The translations under genes and the position numbers were made by a program. The notes under the pieces were generated by a model. The model made no database searches. It was given only the letters and a program-made list of their open reading frames with translations, and had not been told where the DNA came from. From Chitinophagaceae bacterium (GTDB taxonomy: Bacteria > Bacteroidota > Bacteroidia > Chitinophagales > Chitinophagaceae): a stretch of DNA of 64,000 bases. Below, piece after piece: positions 1-9,599 of this stretch (position 1 is the first letter of the stretch; each line of letters starts with the position of its first letter). The stretch covers positions 1,108 to 65,107 of the forward strand of contig JADLCD010000107.1 of assembly GCA_020847395.1 (NCBI GenBank), written 5' to 3'.

Positions 1-1353
1 TACAGAGATGACCTGGATCGTGACCTGGTACAATCATATTCCAACACGGGTGTAATTCATGTAATCGCTATTTCAGGAATGCATCTTGCCATGATATACG
101 GATTGCTCATTATCATATTAAAACCGTTAAGCAAAAACCGGAAAACAAGATTAGTTCGCGGTATAGTAATATTGAGTGTGCTATGGTTGTTCACGCTACT
201 ATCCGGCGCAGGTCCTTCTATTTTAAGAAGCGCGGTAATGTTTTCCTTTATAGTAATTGGCGAAAGTTTATCAAAGCAGGTTTCTATCTATCACACATTA
301 TCTGCCTCAGCATTTTTTCTTTTATGCTATAACCCTTTTTTTGTTTGGGACGTGGGTTTTCAATTATCGTATACTGCGGTGTTAAGCATTGTAATTTTTT
401 CAACACCTGTAAGCAACTGGGTTTATTTTAAAAACAAATGGATAGATAATGTATGGAAGCTGATGGCAGTTACTATATCTGCGCAAATACTTACTACGCC
501 ATTAAGTGTTTACCATTTTCACCAGGTACCAAATCTTTTCCTGTTGAGCAATCTTGTAATTGTGCCTTTGTCGGGCATTGTATTGTATGCGGAGATATTA
601 CTTTGCATAATATCATTTATAGCACCGCTTGCTGCACTTACAGGAAAGCTTGTTTCCGTATTAATTCAATGGATGAATAGTTTTATCAATTGGGTAGATA
701 GTATACCCTTTGCCGTAAGTAACAATATTTCTATCTCCATTATACAAGCGTGTTTGTTGTATGCTTTTATCATCACTTTTTCGTTGTGGTTGATGCATAA
801 AAGAAACGCGATGGTAAAATATGCTGTTGCAGCACTGCTTATGTTTAGTATCAGCGTTTTGTTGAAAAATATTTATCAGCAGCAAAAGCAAACAGTCATT
901 GTATATAATACGCCTAAGTACCGGGCGATGGATTGCATCAGCGGAAAGCAATATTTTTTTATAGGCGATGATACCTGCAGGGAAAACGGATTCTTTAGAA
1001 ATTTCCATTTAAATCCTTCCCGCATTTTGCACAATGTTAAAGAAGCAGATAGCCTTGCCGGTTTATGGAGTAATCCGCCATATATCTTCTTTAAAAATAA
1101 AACCATTGCTTTGTTGGACAGCACGGTTAAAATACTGCCTGATTCAGGAGCCGTAAATGTGGATATTGTTATACTTTCTCAGAATATAAAATACCCCGTA
1201 AGCCTTATCAGCCAGGCATTTCGAAGCAATCAGTATGTTTTCGACGGATCGAACAGTGCGTGGAAAATACGGCAATGGAAAAATGAATGTGATAGTTTAC
1301 ATTTGCGGCGCCATTCCGTTCAGGATGATGGCGCGTTTGTACTCGATTTTTAA
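1..1353 (+). CDS. ComEC/Rec2 family DNA-internalisation membrane protein, C-terminal part (5' end lies outside the window)
   Basis: Frame 1 is open from base 1 (YRDDLDRDLVQSYSNTGVIHVIAISGMHLAM...). This gives the ComEC-type TGxxHxxAISGxH motif, followed by many hydrophobic helices. ORF track 79..1353 is the in-window remainder. Confidence 0.8.
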   Translation, partial: YRDDLDRDLVQSYSNTGVIHVIAISGMHLAMIYGLLIIILKPLSKNRKTRLVRGIVILSVLWLFTLLSGAGPSILRSAVMFSFIVIGESLSKQVSIYHTLSASAFFLLCYNPFFVWDVGFQLSYTAVLSIVIFSTPVSNWVYFKNKWIDNVWKLMAVTISAQILTTPLSVYHFHQVPNLFLLSNLVIVPLSGIVLYAEILLCIISFIAPLAALTGKLVSVLIQWMNSFINWVDSIPFAVSNNISISIIQACLLYAFIITFSLWLMHKRNAMVKYAVAALLMFSISVLLKNIYQQQKQTVIVYNTPKYRAMDCISGKQYFFIGDDTCRENGFFRNFHLNPSRILHNVKEADSLAGLWSNPPYIFFKNKTIALLDSTVKILPDSGAVNVDIVILSQNIKYPVSLISQAFRSNQYVFDGSNSAWKIRQWKNECDSLHLRRHSVQDDGAFVLDF

Positions 1354-1399
1354 CTTCAGCATCCGGCAGGTAAAATCCTGCGGATTACCGTAATAGCAT

Positions 1400-2950
1400 A
1401 TGCAAAAAAAAATTGGCGCTGCACTTATTTCCGTTTTTTATAAAGATGGTTTAGAACCTGTTGTTAAAGAGCTTCATCGTTTGGGTATAGTTATATATTC
1501 AACCGGCGGCACACAAAAGTTTATTGAAGATTTGAATATTCCCTGTGTGCCGGTTGAAAGCCTTACCAGCTATCCTTCTATTTTAGGCGGAAGGGTGAAA
1601 ACGCTTCATCCTGCTGTGTTTGGCGGAATTTTAGGCAGGCGAGATGTGGCGCAGGATATTGCAGAAATGAAAGAGTACAAAATTCCTGCTATTGATCTTG
1701 TGATTGTTGATTTATACCCGTTTGAAGAAACACTGGCGCAGGCAACATCTCCTTCATTTGCAGGCAAGCCTGAGGAAGCAGAAAAAATGATCGTCGAAAA
1801 AATAGATATCGGCGGGCCGTCTATGATAAGAGCAGCAGCAAAAAATCATAAAGACCTGTTGGTTGTTGCCGCTAAAGATGAGTATGCTGAGCTCGTTAAC
1901 CTGCTTCAGGCACAAAATGGTGAAACTTCTTTAGAGCAAAGAAAATCTTTTGCTGCCAGGGCGTTTGAAGTAGTAATGCATTACGATATTGCCATCAGCA
2001 ACTATTTTACCCCGGGAAATATTTCCCCTCTGCAGGTGTCAGCGGCTAAGCAGGTATTGAGGTATGGCGAAAACCCGCATCAGCAGGGCGTGTTTTACGG
2101 GGACCTGCAGCAAGTGTTTGATAAGCTGCATGGCAAAGAGCTTTCCTATAATAATCTTGTAGATGTTGATGCGGCAGTGCAGTTGATAACAGAGTTTACC
2201 GATGCAGACAAAGAGGCTGTTTTCGCCATCATCAAGCATACCAATGTATGTGGTATTGCTTCGCGAAGCACGTTAAAGGAAGCCTGGGATGCGGCTTTGG
2301 CCGGCGACCCTGAAAGTGCTTTTGGCGGTGTGCTGGTATGCAATAAAAAAGTAGATAAGGCTACCGCTGAAGCCATCAATGAAATTTTCTTTGAAGTGTT
2401 AATTGCCGACGGGTATAATGATGATGCACTGGCGATATTACAAACAAAAAAGAACAGGATATTATTAACACTCAAACAAAAACCAACTGCAACACATCAA
2501 TCCAAAACTATTTTGAATGGTGTTTTATCGCAGGAAAATGATAAAGGCAATTTTGCGGAATGGAAAGAAGTGGGCGGCAGGGAAACTTCGGCTGCTGAAA
2601 AAGAAGACCTGGGTTTCGCGAATATTGTTTGCAAGCATCTTAAATCAAACGCGATAGTACTGGTAAAAAATAAGCAGCTGGTGGGTAAGGGCTGTGGTCA
2701 AACCAGCCGTATCGATTCGCTGCGTCAATCTATTGATAAAGCAAAACAATTTAAGTTTGATCTTAGCGGCGCTGTATTGGCGTCAGATGCATTTTTTCCT
2801 TTTAACGACTGTGTTCAGATAGCACACGAGGCAGGGATAACCGCTTTTATACAGCCCGGAGGTTCTATACGTGATAAAGATTCTATTGATTATTGCGTTG
2901 AAAACAAACTGGCAATGGTAATAACAGGACTAAGGCATTTTAAGCATTAG
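1400..2950 (+). CDS. purH: Bifunctional AICAR formyltransferase / IMP cyclohydrolase
   Basis: 516 aa. N-terminal MGS-like domain (ALISVFYKDGL...STGGT) and C-terminal AICARFT domain (YGENPHQ, HTNVCG, GGSIRD, RHFKH end). Confidence 0.95.
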   Translation: MQKKIGAALISVFYKDGLEPVVKELHRLGIVIYSTGGTQKFIEDLNIPCVPVESLTSYPSILGGRVKTLHPAVFGGILGRRDVAQDIAEMKEYKIPAIDLVIVDLYPFEETLAQATSPSFAGKPEEAEKMIVEKIDIGGPSMIRAAAKNHKDLLVVAAKDEYAELVNLLQAQNGETSLEQRKSFAARAFEVVMHYDIAISNYFTPGNISPLQVSAAKQVLRYGENPHQQGVFYGDLQQVFDKLHGKELSYNNLVDVDAAVQLITEFTDADKEAVFAIIKHTNVCGIASRSTLKEAWDAALAGDPESAFGGVLVCNKKVDKATAEAINEIFFEVLIADGYNDDALAILQTKKNRILLTLKQKPTATHQSKTILNGVLSQENDKGNFAEWKEVGGRETSAAEKEDLGFANIVCKHLKSNAIVLVKNKQLVGKGCGQTSRIDSLRQSIDKAKQFKFDLSGAVLASDAFFPFNDCVQIAHEAGITAFIQPGGSIRDKDSIDYCVENKLAMVITGLRHFKH

Positions 2951-2967
2951 GAGATTTGTTGTTTATT

Positions 2968-3027
2968 GTTTATGGTTTATTGTTTACGGTTAGTCAAACA
3001 ATGAATAGCAAACTACAAACCATAAAC
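2968..3027. terminator. Imperfect hairpin downstream of purH, with a core 11-bp stem GTTTATGGTTT / AAACCATAAAC
   Basis: 2968-2978 is the exact reverse complement of 3017-3027. Flanking GTTTAT/GTTTAC word repeats extend an imperfect palindrome over about 2956-3038. It lies between the purH stop and the next gene. Confidence 0.45.
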
Positions 3028-3046
3028 TACAAACAATAGCGCTCTC

Positions 3047-4009
3047 ATGAAGCAATACATCTACGATATTTACGACAGGGCAAGAACAATTATAGAACCT
3101 GTTTACCTGCGCAACCAAAGCGACAGAACGAAAGCAATACTGGCTGTTGGTATAGTTTGTTTTTTCTGGGGAACAACATGGCTGGCTTCAAAAAAAGGTG
3201 TGCAGCATATGCCGGCTTTGCAACTTGCAGGCTTCCGGCAATTGTTTGCAGGAACCCTCTATCTCATCTTCTTTTTTATTAAAGGTTTCCGGCTTCCAAC
3301 CAAAGAGCAGTTCATACAATTTTTATGGATGAGTTTGCTGATGATCGTTATAAATAACGGGCTCAGCACATGGTCAATGAAGTATATGCCGAGTGGATTG
3401 GGCTCGGTTATTGGTGCAGCTTCGCCGATATGGATCGCTATAATCAGCACTTTTTTGTTTAAAGAAACAAAACTGAATATTACAACAGTTGTGGGTTTAT
3501 TACTTGGCGTAACAGGCATACTCATTATCTTCTCAGATTATATTGATGACCTGTTCAACTCCTCGTTTTCGATGGGGGTATTGCTGAATGTAATAGCCTC
3601 CGTTACATGGGCATTCGGTACAATTTTCACGGTACGAAATGCGAGGCATGTTAATCCATATTTCAGCCTGGGCTGGCAAATGTTTATTGGTGGAATTGTA
3701 TTGCTGGCTGTTTCCTGGTTCACAGGGCAATTCACTTCCCCGGCACAAGTTGATATTAATGCCTGGGGAGCGATAGCGTACCTTGTTATCATTGGTTCCA
3801 TCGTTACTTACTCAGCATTTATATATGCGCTTAAACGACTACCTGCGGCACAGGTATCGGTATATGCCTATGTAAACCCGATTGTGGCCGTAATTGTAGG
3901 TGCTTTATTGAATAATGAAAAGCTAACGCTTATAATAACCACGGGAACGCTCGTTACAATAGTTGGTATTTACCTGGTAAATACGGGGTTTAAAAAAGAA
4001 AAGATATGA
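3047..4009 (+). CDS. EamA/DMT family transporter
   Basis: 320 aa, about 10 TM helices in two EamA-like halves. The pattern is typical (WGTTWLASK..., YAYVNPIVAVIVG). Confidence 0.8.
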   Translation: MKQYIYDIYDRARTIIEPVYLRNQSDRTKAILAVGIVCFFWGTTWLASKKGVQHMPALQLAGFRQLFAGTLYLIFFFIKGFRLPTKEQFIQFLWMSLLMIVINNGLSTWSMKYMPSGLGSVIGAASPIWIAIISTFLFKETKLNITTVVGLLLGVTGILIIFSDYIDDLFNSSFSMGVLLNVIASVTWAFGTIFTVRNARHVNPYFSLGWQMFIGGIVLLAVSWFTGQFTSPAQVDINAWGAIAYLVIIGSIVTYSAFIYALKRLPAAQVSVYAYVNPIVAVIVGALLNNEKLTLIITTGTLVTIVGIYLVNTGFKKEKI

Positions 4010-4209
4010 CGGCAGTTTAAGCAATATAAAAGCGCTACTGATTTGAAATTTTATCATACATACGAACGGTTATGCGTAACCGAAAATTCAAATAACAACT
4101 TTGATTTTTCCAGGTATGTATTTTTTGCATCCATCCATTATGAGTTTTGAGTTAACATAAACTTAATATTGGATACTTTTATTTGATTATCAGCTTGTTG
4201 GGTTAAGAT

Positions 4210-4704
4210 GTGTTGATTTCTGAAAAAAATGTTAATTACTGGTTGGATTGTTTCCAATATCTTTCTGCCTTATTAATCCACGCACTTATGTACATAGCAC
4301 ATACTATGTTGACTACTGCAAGTCCTGAAAAAATCTGGAAAATCTGGACTGATGTAAATAACTGGAAAAAATGGGATGTAGGATTGCGTAGTGCCAGGAT
4401 TAAAGATTCTTTCAAAAAAAATGTTCATGGTGTAATTGTACCGGAGCGTGGCCCTAAAGCAGGTTTTAAAGTTGCCGCCTGCGATCCAAATTTTTCTTAT
4501 ACTGTTATTGCAAAATTTCCTTTTGCTGCTTTTCATATACATCGATTTTTAGGTTACGATAACAGTAAAACAACTTTCACACATGAAATATGGGCAGAAG
4601 GCCCGTTAGCATGGGTTTGGTGGAATGTGTTTGGAAAAAGAATCAGCAAGATGATGCCCACAACCATGAGCAATGTTAAGGCGCTTGCAGAAACAGATAT
4701 GTAA
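4210..4704 (+). CDS. SRPBCC (START/Bet v1-like, polyketide cyclase/dehydrase-type) family protein
   Basis: The core TASPEKIWKIWTDVNNWKKWDVGL is typical of SRPBCC proteins. The real start is probably an internal Met at 4288 or 4306, because the first 26-32 codons look non-native. Confidence 0.65.
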   Translation: MLISEKNVNYWLDCFQYLSALLIHALMYIAHTMLTTASPEKIWKIWTDVNNWKKWDVGLRSARIKDSFKKNVHGVIVPERGPKAGFKVAACDPNFSYTVIAKFPFAAFHIHRFLGYDNSKTTFTHEIWAEGPLAWVWWNVFGKRISKMMPTTMSNVKALAETDM

Positions 4705-4710
4705 CCCGGA

Positions 4711-6030
4711 TTATAAATCCCAGTAAACAACCTCTTCTAAAAAAAGTTCATACACTTCTTTCCATCCGGTAAACATTTTGTCGTTGCCGAAAAAATTGTT
4801 GTGCCAGATAGTGATCATTGTACCACTCACTTTCTTTATCGTGTCGTGGTATTTTTTTATTTCAGCGAATGCCTGGTGTGGGGCAAGTTTTTGTTCATAA
4901 TAGGCGTTGGCATCCATAAAACAAAAAGGATAGATAAGCAGTGATGTTTTTTCTTCCGCGGCAAGATCATACCAATAAAACGGTGACGCAACAGATGCCC
5001 TGAATCCATTAATGCTTCCATAGCCCATTGAAAATTCATTGTGGATGCCCTGTTCAATAAGTTTTCGGTAAGTGTCGGGAAAATTCATGCGGATATAATG
5101 TTGCCTGCTATGCACAACTTTTCGCTCAATTATATTTTCCATTGTTTTTATCTCATCATGCAGCAATACATCATTATCACCGCTTTGCCAGGAAGGATGT
5201 ATGCCCACATTATAACCAATGGAATGATATTTTATCAGCTCCTGCATTTCCGGGTTTGAAGGATCAATATTTTTATCATACTCACCCGGTGAAGCAGCTA
5301 CAAGAAAAAAATAATACGGACGGAGATTATATTTAAGGTGAAGCGCATATAACCATTCATAAGTATCAAAAGGATCATCTTTTTTACCGGCAATCACTTC
5401 GAAGCGATCTTTAATTTCTCCAATTTCTCCTTTCAGCAGGGAACGCATGGCGCCCCCGGCATTTCTTACAGCGCCTTTGTGCAGGTAAGAAAATGCGATA
5501 TCAATATCGTATGTAGGGATAAACCTGAATTTGTTTATCGCAAATAACAGAAAGGGAAACCGCGATTGCAAAACAATCTGAAAATCTTTCAGCCAGTAAT
5601 TAATAAACGGCTCGTCTAAAAAAGATTCTTTAAAAGCAATACTTTCTGTGTGTGCAAAGCGCCCGTATGCATCTTTTTGATGCGGCAAATATTCTTCGTA
5701 GCGGGAAAGTAAATAGAAGGAGGCCGCGAAAATATCAAATGAAAAATCACCTTGCTTAGAGGGAAAAAGTATTTTATAATAGTTGTGCGCTTTTATAGGA
5801 ACGTTGATTGCTTTTATATCATTTTCAAAAAGCAGGGAAGAAGATGGTACTATATGAAATTCATCTTCTGATATGTGGTTGAATGAGTAATTAATTTTAG
5901 CGCCATCAAAGCTGTTGAATTCTTCTGTGCTGCTGGTATAAAAAACCTCAACACCGCTGAAGTCGTGCAATAAAGTGCCGGCTATGTATTTTAGTCTTGA
6001 ACTTATTTCTGTTGAATAAATCAGCAACAT
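4711..6030 (-). CDS. Conserved Bacteroidota protein, polysaccharide deacetylase-like (DUF7033-type N-terminus). The family call is from memory.
   Basis: 439-aa ORF with good coding character. The N-terminus (MLLIYSTEISSRLKYI) and the later HPSW/HYIR segments resemble the deacetylase-like family. Not verified by search. Confidence 0.5.
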   Translation of the reverse strand: MLLIYSTEISSRLKYIAGTLLHDFSGVEVFYTSSTEEFNSFDGAKINYSFNHISEDEFHIVPSSSLLFENDIKAINVPIKAHNYYKILFPSKQGDFSFDIFAASFYLLSRYEEYLPHQKDAYGRFAHTESIAFKESFLDEPFINYWLKDFQIVLQSRFPFLLFAINKFRFIPTYDIDIAFSYLHKGAVRNAGGAMRSLLKGEIGEIKDRFEVIAGKKDDPFDTYEWLYALHLKYNLRPYYFFLVAASPGEYDKNIDPSNPEMQELIKYHSIGYNVGIHPSWQSGDNDVLLHDEIKTMENIIERKVVHSRQHYIRMNFPDTYRKLIEQGIHNEFSMGYGSINGFRASVASPFYWYDLAAEEKTSLLIYPFCFMDANAYYEQKLAPHQAFAEIKKYHDTIKKVSGTMITIWHNNFFGNDKMFTGWKEVYELFLEEVVYWDL

Positions 6031-6132
6031 GGTTATTGCAGCAAAGTTTACTGCAATGATAATTAAGGAAAAGTATTAAAGGAGAAAATTCTGGCTTTAA
6101 TTTCCTGTTGTATGGTAATTTACTCGTACCTG

Positions 6133-6205
6133 TTTCACGCAGCAATAACAGCGGAGCATCGGCTATCTTTGCGCCTTTGCTTCCTTATCTTCCCTTTGCG
6201 TGAAA
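6133..6205. repeat. Palindromic intergenic element, family 1 (termini TTTCACGCA / TGCGTGAAA)
   Basis: The 9-bp terminal inverted repeat has the same termini as the elements at 16561, 29097 and 28658. It starts 5 nt after the stop of the DUF3109 gene. Confidence 0.55.
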
Positions 6206-6210
6206 AAAAC

Positions 6211-6792
6211 TTACTCTCCGTCCTTATAATATTGATTCGCAATCTGTTCAAGCAAGCTGTAAAATTCCTCCCCGTATTTCCTGGTAAGCGCTTCTTTTAA
6301 AAATACATATACGGGCACCTGTAGTTTTTTACCAAGTTTGCATGCAGGGCTGCAAAGCGTTTCTCTCGGTTCGTAATTAACCAGTTCGTAGGTTTTTGTT
6401 TTCTTTGTTTTGATGGGATAGAGATGGCAGGTGAGCGGTTTTTTCCAGCTTATTTTACCATCAAGATAAGCCTGCTCAATGCCGCATTTTATGATGCCTT
6501 TGTTATCGTAATGGCCGTAAGCACAAATTTTGCCATTAATGGTTGGTGTTACCCAGCCAAAAGACCTGTCATAATAATATTTACCCTTTTTTTCTATTTC
6601 TTCCATGCCTTCTTTGGTGAGGTATGGTTTTAGTATCTCAAAATTATCTTCCAGTATCTGTGTTTCTTCTTTTGATAGTGGCGCGCCTGCATCGCCATCC
6701 TCACAGCAGCCCCCTTTGCATTTAATAAGGTCACAAACAAATTGCGCTTTTACCACGTCATCACTCACCAGTATATTATCAATTTCTATCAC
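6211..6792 (-). CDS. DUF3109 family Cys-rich protein
   Basis: 193 aa with the N-terminal signature MIEIDNILVSDDVV..F.CDL..CKGGCCEDGDAGAPL, characteristic of DUF3109. Confidence 0.7.
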   Translation of the reverse strand: MIEIDNILVSDDVVKAQFVCDLIKCKGGCCEDGDAGAPLSKEETQILEDNFEILKPYLTKEGMEEIEKKGKYYYDRSFGWVTPTINGKICAYGHYDNKGIIKCGIEQAYLDGKISWKKPLTCHLYPIKTKKTKTYELVNYEPRETLCSPACKLGKKLQVPVYVFLKEALTRKYGEEFYSLLEQIANQYYKDGE

Positions 6793-6959
6793 GGATTATT
6801 TTTGGGTAAAGGTAAGAGGAATTGGGAAAAGGGGGAAAGAGTGATAAGGGGTAAGTCGTAAGTGGTTAGAATAAAAGTCCTCGATCGCTGGCTCAATGCA
6901 TATCCTTCATAGAGTGGTGTTGAGCAGATGGCTTATAGCTGAATACTCATAGCTTGTCC

Positions 6960-7598
6960 TCACTTCCACTTCACCGTATTAATCATATGCTGCATATCCT
7001 CACCTATAAAATCATATACAATATTGAGGGAGTCTTCATTTGGCGTATCATTAAAATATAATGCGCCTCGTAAAAAATGTTTGGTAGTGTCTGTTATAAA
7101 AAACTGTTTGCCTGTGGCTGCATTGCCGCCTACCCGGAAGAAAACGCCACCATAACCCTGCGGTGTTACAAACGCCGAATCTTCAATAGACGACGCTTTT
7201 GTAGTATGCTTGAACGTTATTTTATACGCGTCGTTTCTTAAGTTGTCAAATGTATTAATGGAAGATGAATCTTTATAGCCGTTTTCAGTTTTTACTTTAT
7301 ACATTGATTTACCACCAATGGTTTTATAGCTCAGGTAAATCTTAGCATTAAATGAAGGGTAATCAATATTTATCCAATATGGATTATCGGGGTCTGCATC
7401 AAAATATGCGCTGTCTTTTACAATGTTGGCATATACCGGGTATTCAAAAGTATAAGGATAACCCTGCTGGTTAAATAACTGGTACTGATGCTCCGGGAAT
7501 GTTATATTAAAATATCCTTTGGGTTTAGGAGTATAATTGCTGTTACAGGAAAATAATGCTAAAAATAAAAAGCCAAACAAAAACAGGTATCGCTTCAT
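6960..7598 (-). CDS. gldD: Gliding motility lipoprotein GldD
   Basis: Lipoprotein signal (LFLALFSC), the PKPKGYFNITFP motif, and the C-terminal HFLRGALYFN..PN.DSL pattern. It lies directly downstream of gldE, as in Flavobacterium johnsoniae. Confidence 0.8.
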   Translation of the reverse strand: MKRYLFLFGFLFLALFSCNSNYTPKPKGYFNITFPEHQYQLFNQQGYPYTFEYPVYANIVKDSAYFDADPDNPYWINIDYPSFNAKIYLSYKTIGGKSMYKVKTENGYKDSSSINTFDNLRNDAYKITFKHTTKASSIEDSAFVTPQGYGGVFFRVGGNAATGKQFFITDTTKHFLRGALYFNDTPNEDSLNIVYDFIGEDMQHMINTVKWK

Positions 7599-7697
7599 TA
7601 TATAGTTTTTGGTAAAAGAAAGTAGCTGTCGGGTATTAGCTATCAGGTTTGTTTCATATCTAACGTTTCACCTCACCATTGCCTATTCACTATTGCC

Positions 7698-9041
7698 TCA
7701 CTGCCTGGCAGGAGATTTAATGGTTACTTTTACTTTCTTTATTCTGTTCTTTTCAATTTCTGTTACGGTAAATTCAAAATCACCAATAATCATTACCTGG
7801 TTCTCTTTCGGAATTTCGCCTGCTAATTCAAGCACAAGCCCTGCAACAGATTCACTTTCTCCTCTTACCTGGTCAAAGGTATCGGGTTTTAATCCCATTG
7901 CTTTACAGGCATCTGTAATCATAACTCTTCCTTCAAACACAAAATTATTATCATCCAGTTTTTTATTGGCGCTTTCTTCATCATCAAATTCATCGCGTAT
8001 ATCACCAATAATTTCTTCCATAATATCTTCCATCGTTACAATACCCTCCGTTCCGCCAAATTCATCTACCACCACTGCAAAATGCGTATTCTTTTTTTGC
8101 AGCTCTCTTAAAAGGTCTTTAATAAGATTTTGCTCCGGAACAAAATACGGCGGACGAATCAACGAATGCCAGTCGTAATCATCTTTTTCATTTATAAAAG
8201 GCAATACATCTTTACTCTGTATAATACCAACAACATCATCAAGGTTGTTTTTATAAACCGGTATGCGGGAGTAATGCAGTTCTTCAATTTTGGCTACAAG
8301 ATCTTTAAAGCTTGTGTTGTATTCAATAGCGCTTACATCAAGGCGTGTTCGCATAATCTGTTTAACGGTAACATGCCCGAAACGCGCAATGCCGCGTAAA
8401 ATATTTTTTTCTTCTTCTGTTGTACTTTCCGTGGTATTCATTTCTATCGCCTGGTCAATATCTTCGGGGTTATAAACATGATGTTGTTTTATACCACCAA
8501 AGCTTCTTTCAATGCCATCTGTATACTTCACAAACCATTTGCTCATGCTGCCGAAAAAGGAATACAATACTTCAATAAGCAGCGAGGAGCTATACGCGAA
8601 TCGTATATTATTTTGTGTTGCCCATACTTTCGGCAATATCTCAGCAAACAGCATCAGCAAAAACACAATCACTATAAGTTTAAGAAAAAAACTAACTACC
8701 TCATTAGGTTGTGGCGGCAGTTCATCAATTAAAACATTGGCAACTATGATGGCGCTGAGGTTTACAAAAGTATTGGCTATTTGTAAAGTGGCTAATAAAC
8801 GCTTTGGCTGGTCAAGCAGGGTGATGATTCTTCTTGCAGATGGATGCTGCTTGGTTTTAAGCATGTTGATATCGCGATAGCTGAGCGAAAAAAAAGCAAC
8901 TTCCGCACCGGATATAAAAAAAGATACCAATAAAAGCATCAATAATAAAAACCCCAGGATAGCTATGCTTTGTGTATTTACCGCCAGCAAAATGGGTTTA
9001 ATATTAAGCAGGTAATGATGTACAACCGAATGATGGTCCAA
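7698..9041 (-). CDS. gldE: Gliding motility-associated protein GldE (DUF21-CBS-CorC/HlyC family)
   Basis: 447 aa with an N-terminal 4-TM DUF21 domain, a tandem CBS pair and a C-terminal CorC_HlyC domain. It shows synteny with gldD, ssb and mutY. Confidence 0.85.
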   Translation of the reverse strand: MDHHSVVHHYLLNIKPILLAVNTQSIAILGFLLLMLLLVSFFISGAEVAFFSLSYRDINMLKTKQHPSARRIITLLDQPKRLLATLQIANTFVNLSAIIVANVLIDELPPQPNEVVSFFLKLIVIVFLLMLFAEILPKVWATQNNIRFAYSSSLLIEVLYSFFGSMSKWFVKYTDGIERSFGGIKQHHVYNPEDIDQAIEMNTTESTTEEEKNILRGIARFGHVTVKQIMRTRLDVSAIEYNTSFKDLVAKIEELHYSRIPVYKNNLDDVVGIIQSKDVLPFINEKDDYDWHSLIRPPYFVPEQNLIKDLLRELQKKNTHFAVVVDEFGGTEGIVTMEDIMEEIIGDIRDEFDDEESANKKLDDNNFVFEGRVMITDACKAMGLKPDTFDQVRGESESVAGLVLELAGEIPKENQVMIIGDFEFTVTEIEKNRIKKVKVTIKSPARQ

Positions 9042-9130
9042 CTGATTGGATTTAAATGAAAAATTTTAATCATAAAGGCAGGTCAATCGGCCTGCCCGCA
9101 ACACCTAACGCACAAAAACAAATATTCGTG

Positions 9131-9562
9131 TTAAAATGCCATGTTTTCAGGAGAATCATTGATGGGCGGTATATCATTATTAAATCCTTCTGTAGGGTGA
9201 TCGCCGGGATGGCCGCCATGCATGCCATCAACTCTTTTATCAAGCATAATAAGATTATCGCCCACTACTTCGGTAGCAAATTTGCGGTTGCCGTCCTTGT
9301 CTTCCCAGCTTCTTGTGCGCAGGCGACCTTCTATGTATACCAAACTGCCTTTGTGCAGGTATTTCTGAGCCAGCTCAGCCAAACCGCGCCATAAAACTAC
9401 GGTGTGCCACTCTGTTTGACTAACTAATTTTCCGGTACGGTCTTTAAATGTTTCCGTTGTTGCCAGTGGAAACTTTGCTACACCAATGTTGCCTTCTAAA
9501 AATTGAATGTCAGGGTCCTTACCAAGGTTACCAATTAACATTACTCTGTTTACGCCGCGCAT
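9131..9562 (-). CDS. ssb: Single-stranded DNA-binding protein
   Basis: OB-fold N-terminus MRGVNRVMLIGNLGKDP..., the TEWH motif, and an acidic C-terminal tail. The ORF track extends to 9586, but Met at 9562 aligns with canonical SSB starts. Confidence 0.9.
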   Translation of the reverse strand: MRGVNRVMLIGNLGKDPDIQFLEGNIGVAKFPLATTETFKDRTGKLVSQTEWHTVVLWRGLAELAQKYLHKGSLVYIEGRLRTRSWEDKDGNRKFATEVVGDNLIMLDKRVDGMHGGHPGDHPTEGFNNDIPPINDSPENMAF

Positions 9563-9599
9563 ATTACTTGTTTTTAATTCGAGCAAAGGAACTTAACCA

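Noticed and set aside
7609-8178. 189-aa plus-strand ORF, Ser/Ile/Phe-rich
   Set aside because: It lies entirely antisense to the well-supported gldE CDS. It is low-complexity, a typical shadow ORF in AT-rich DNA.
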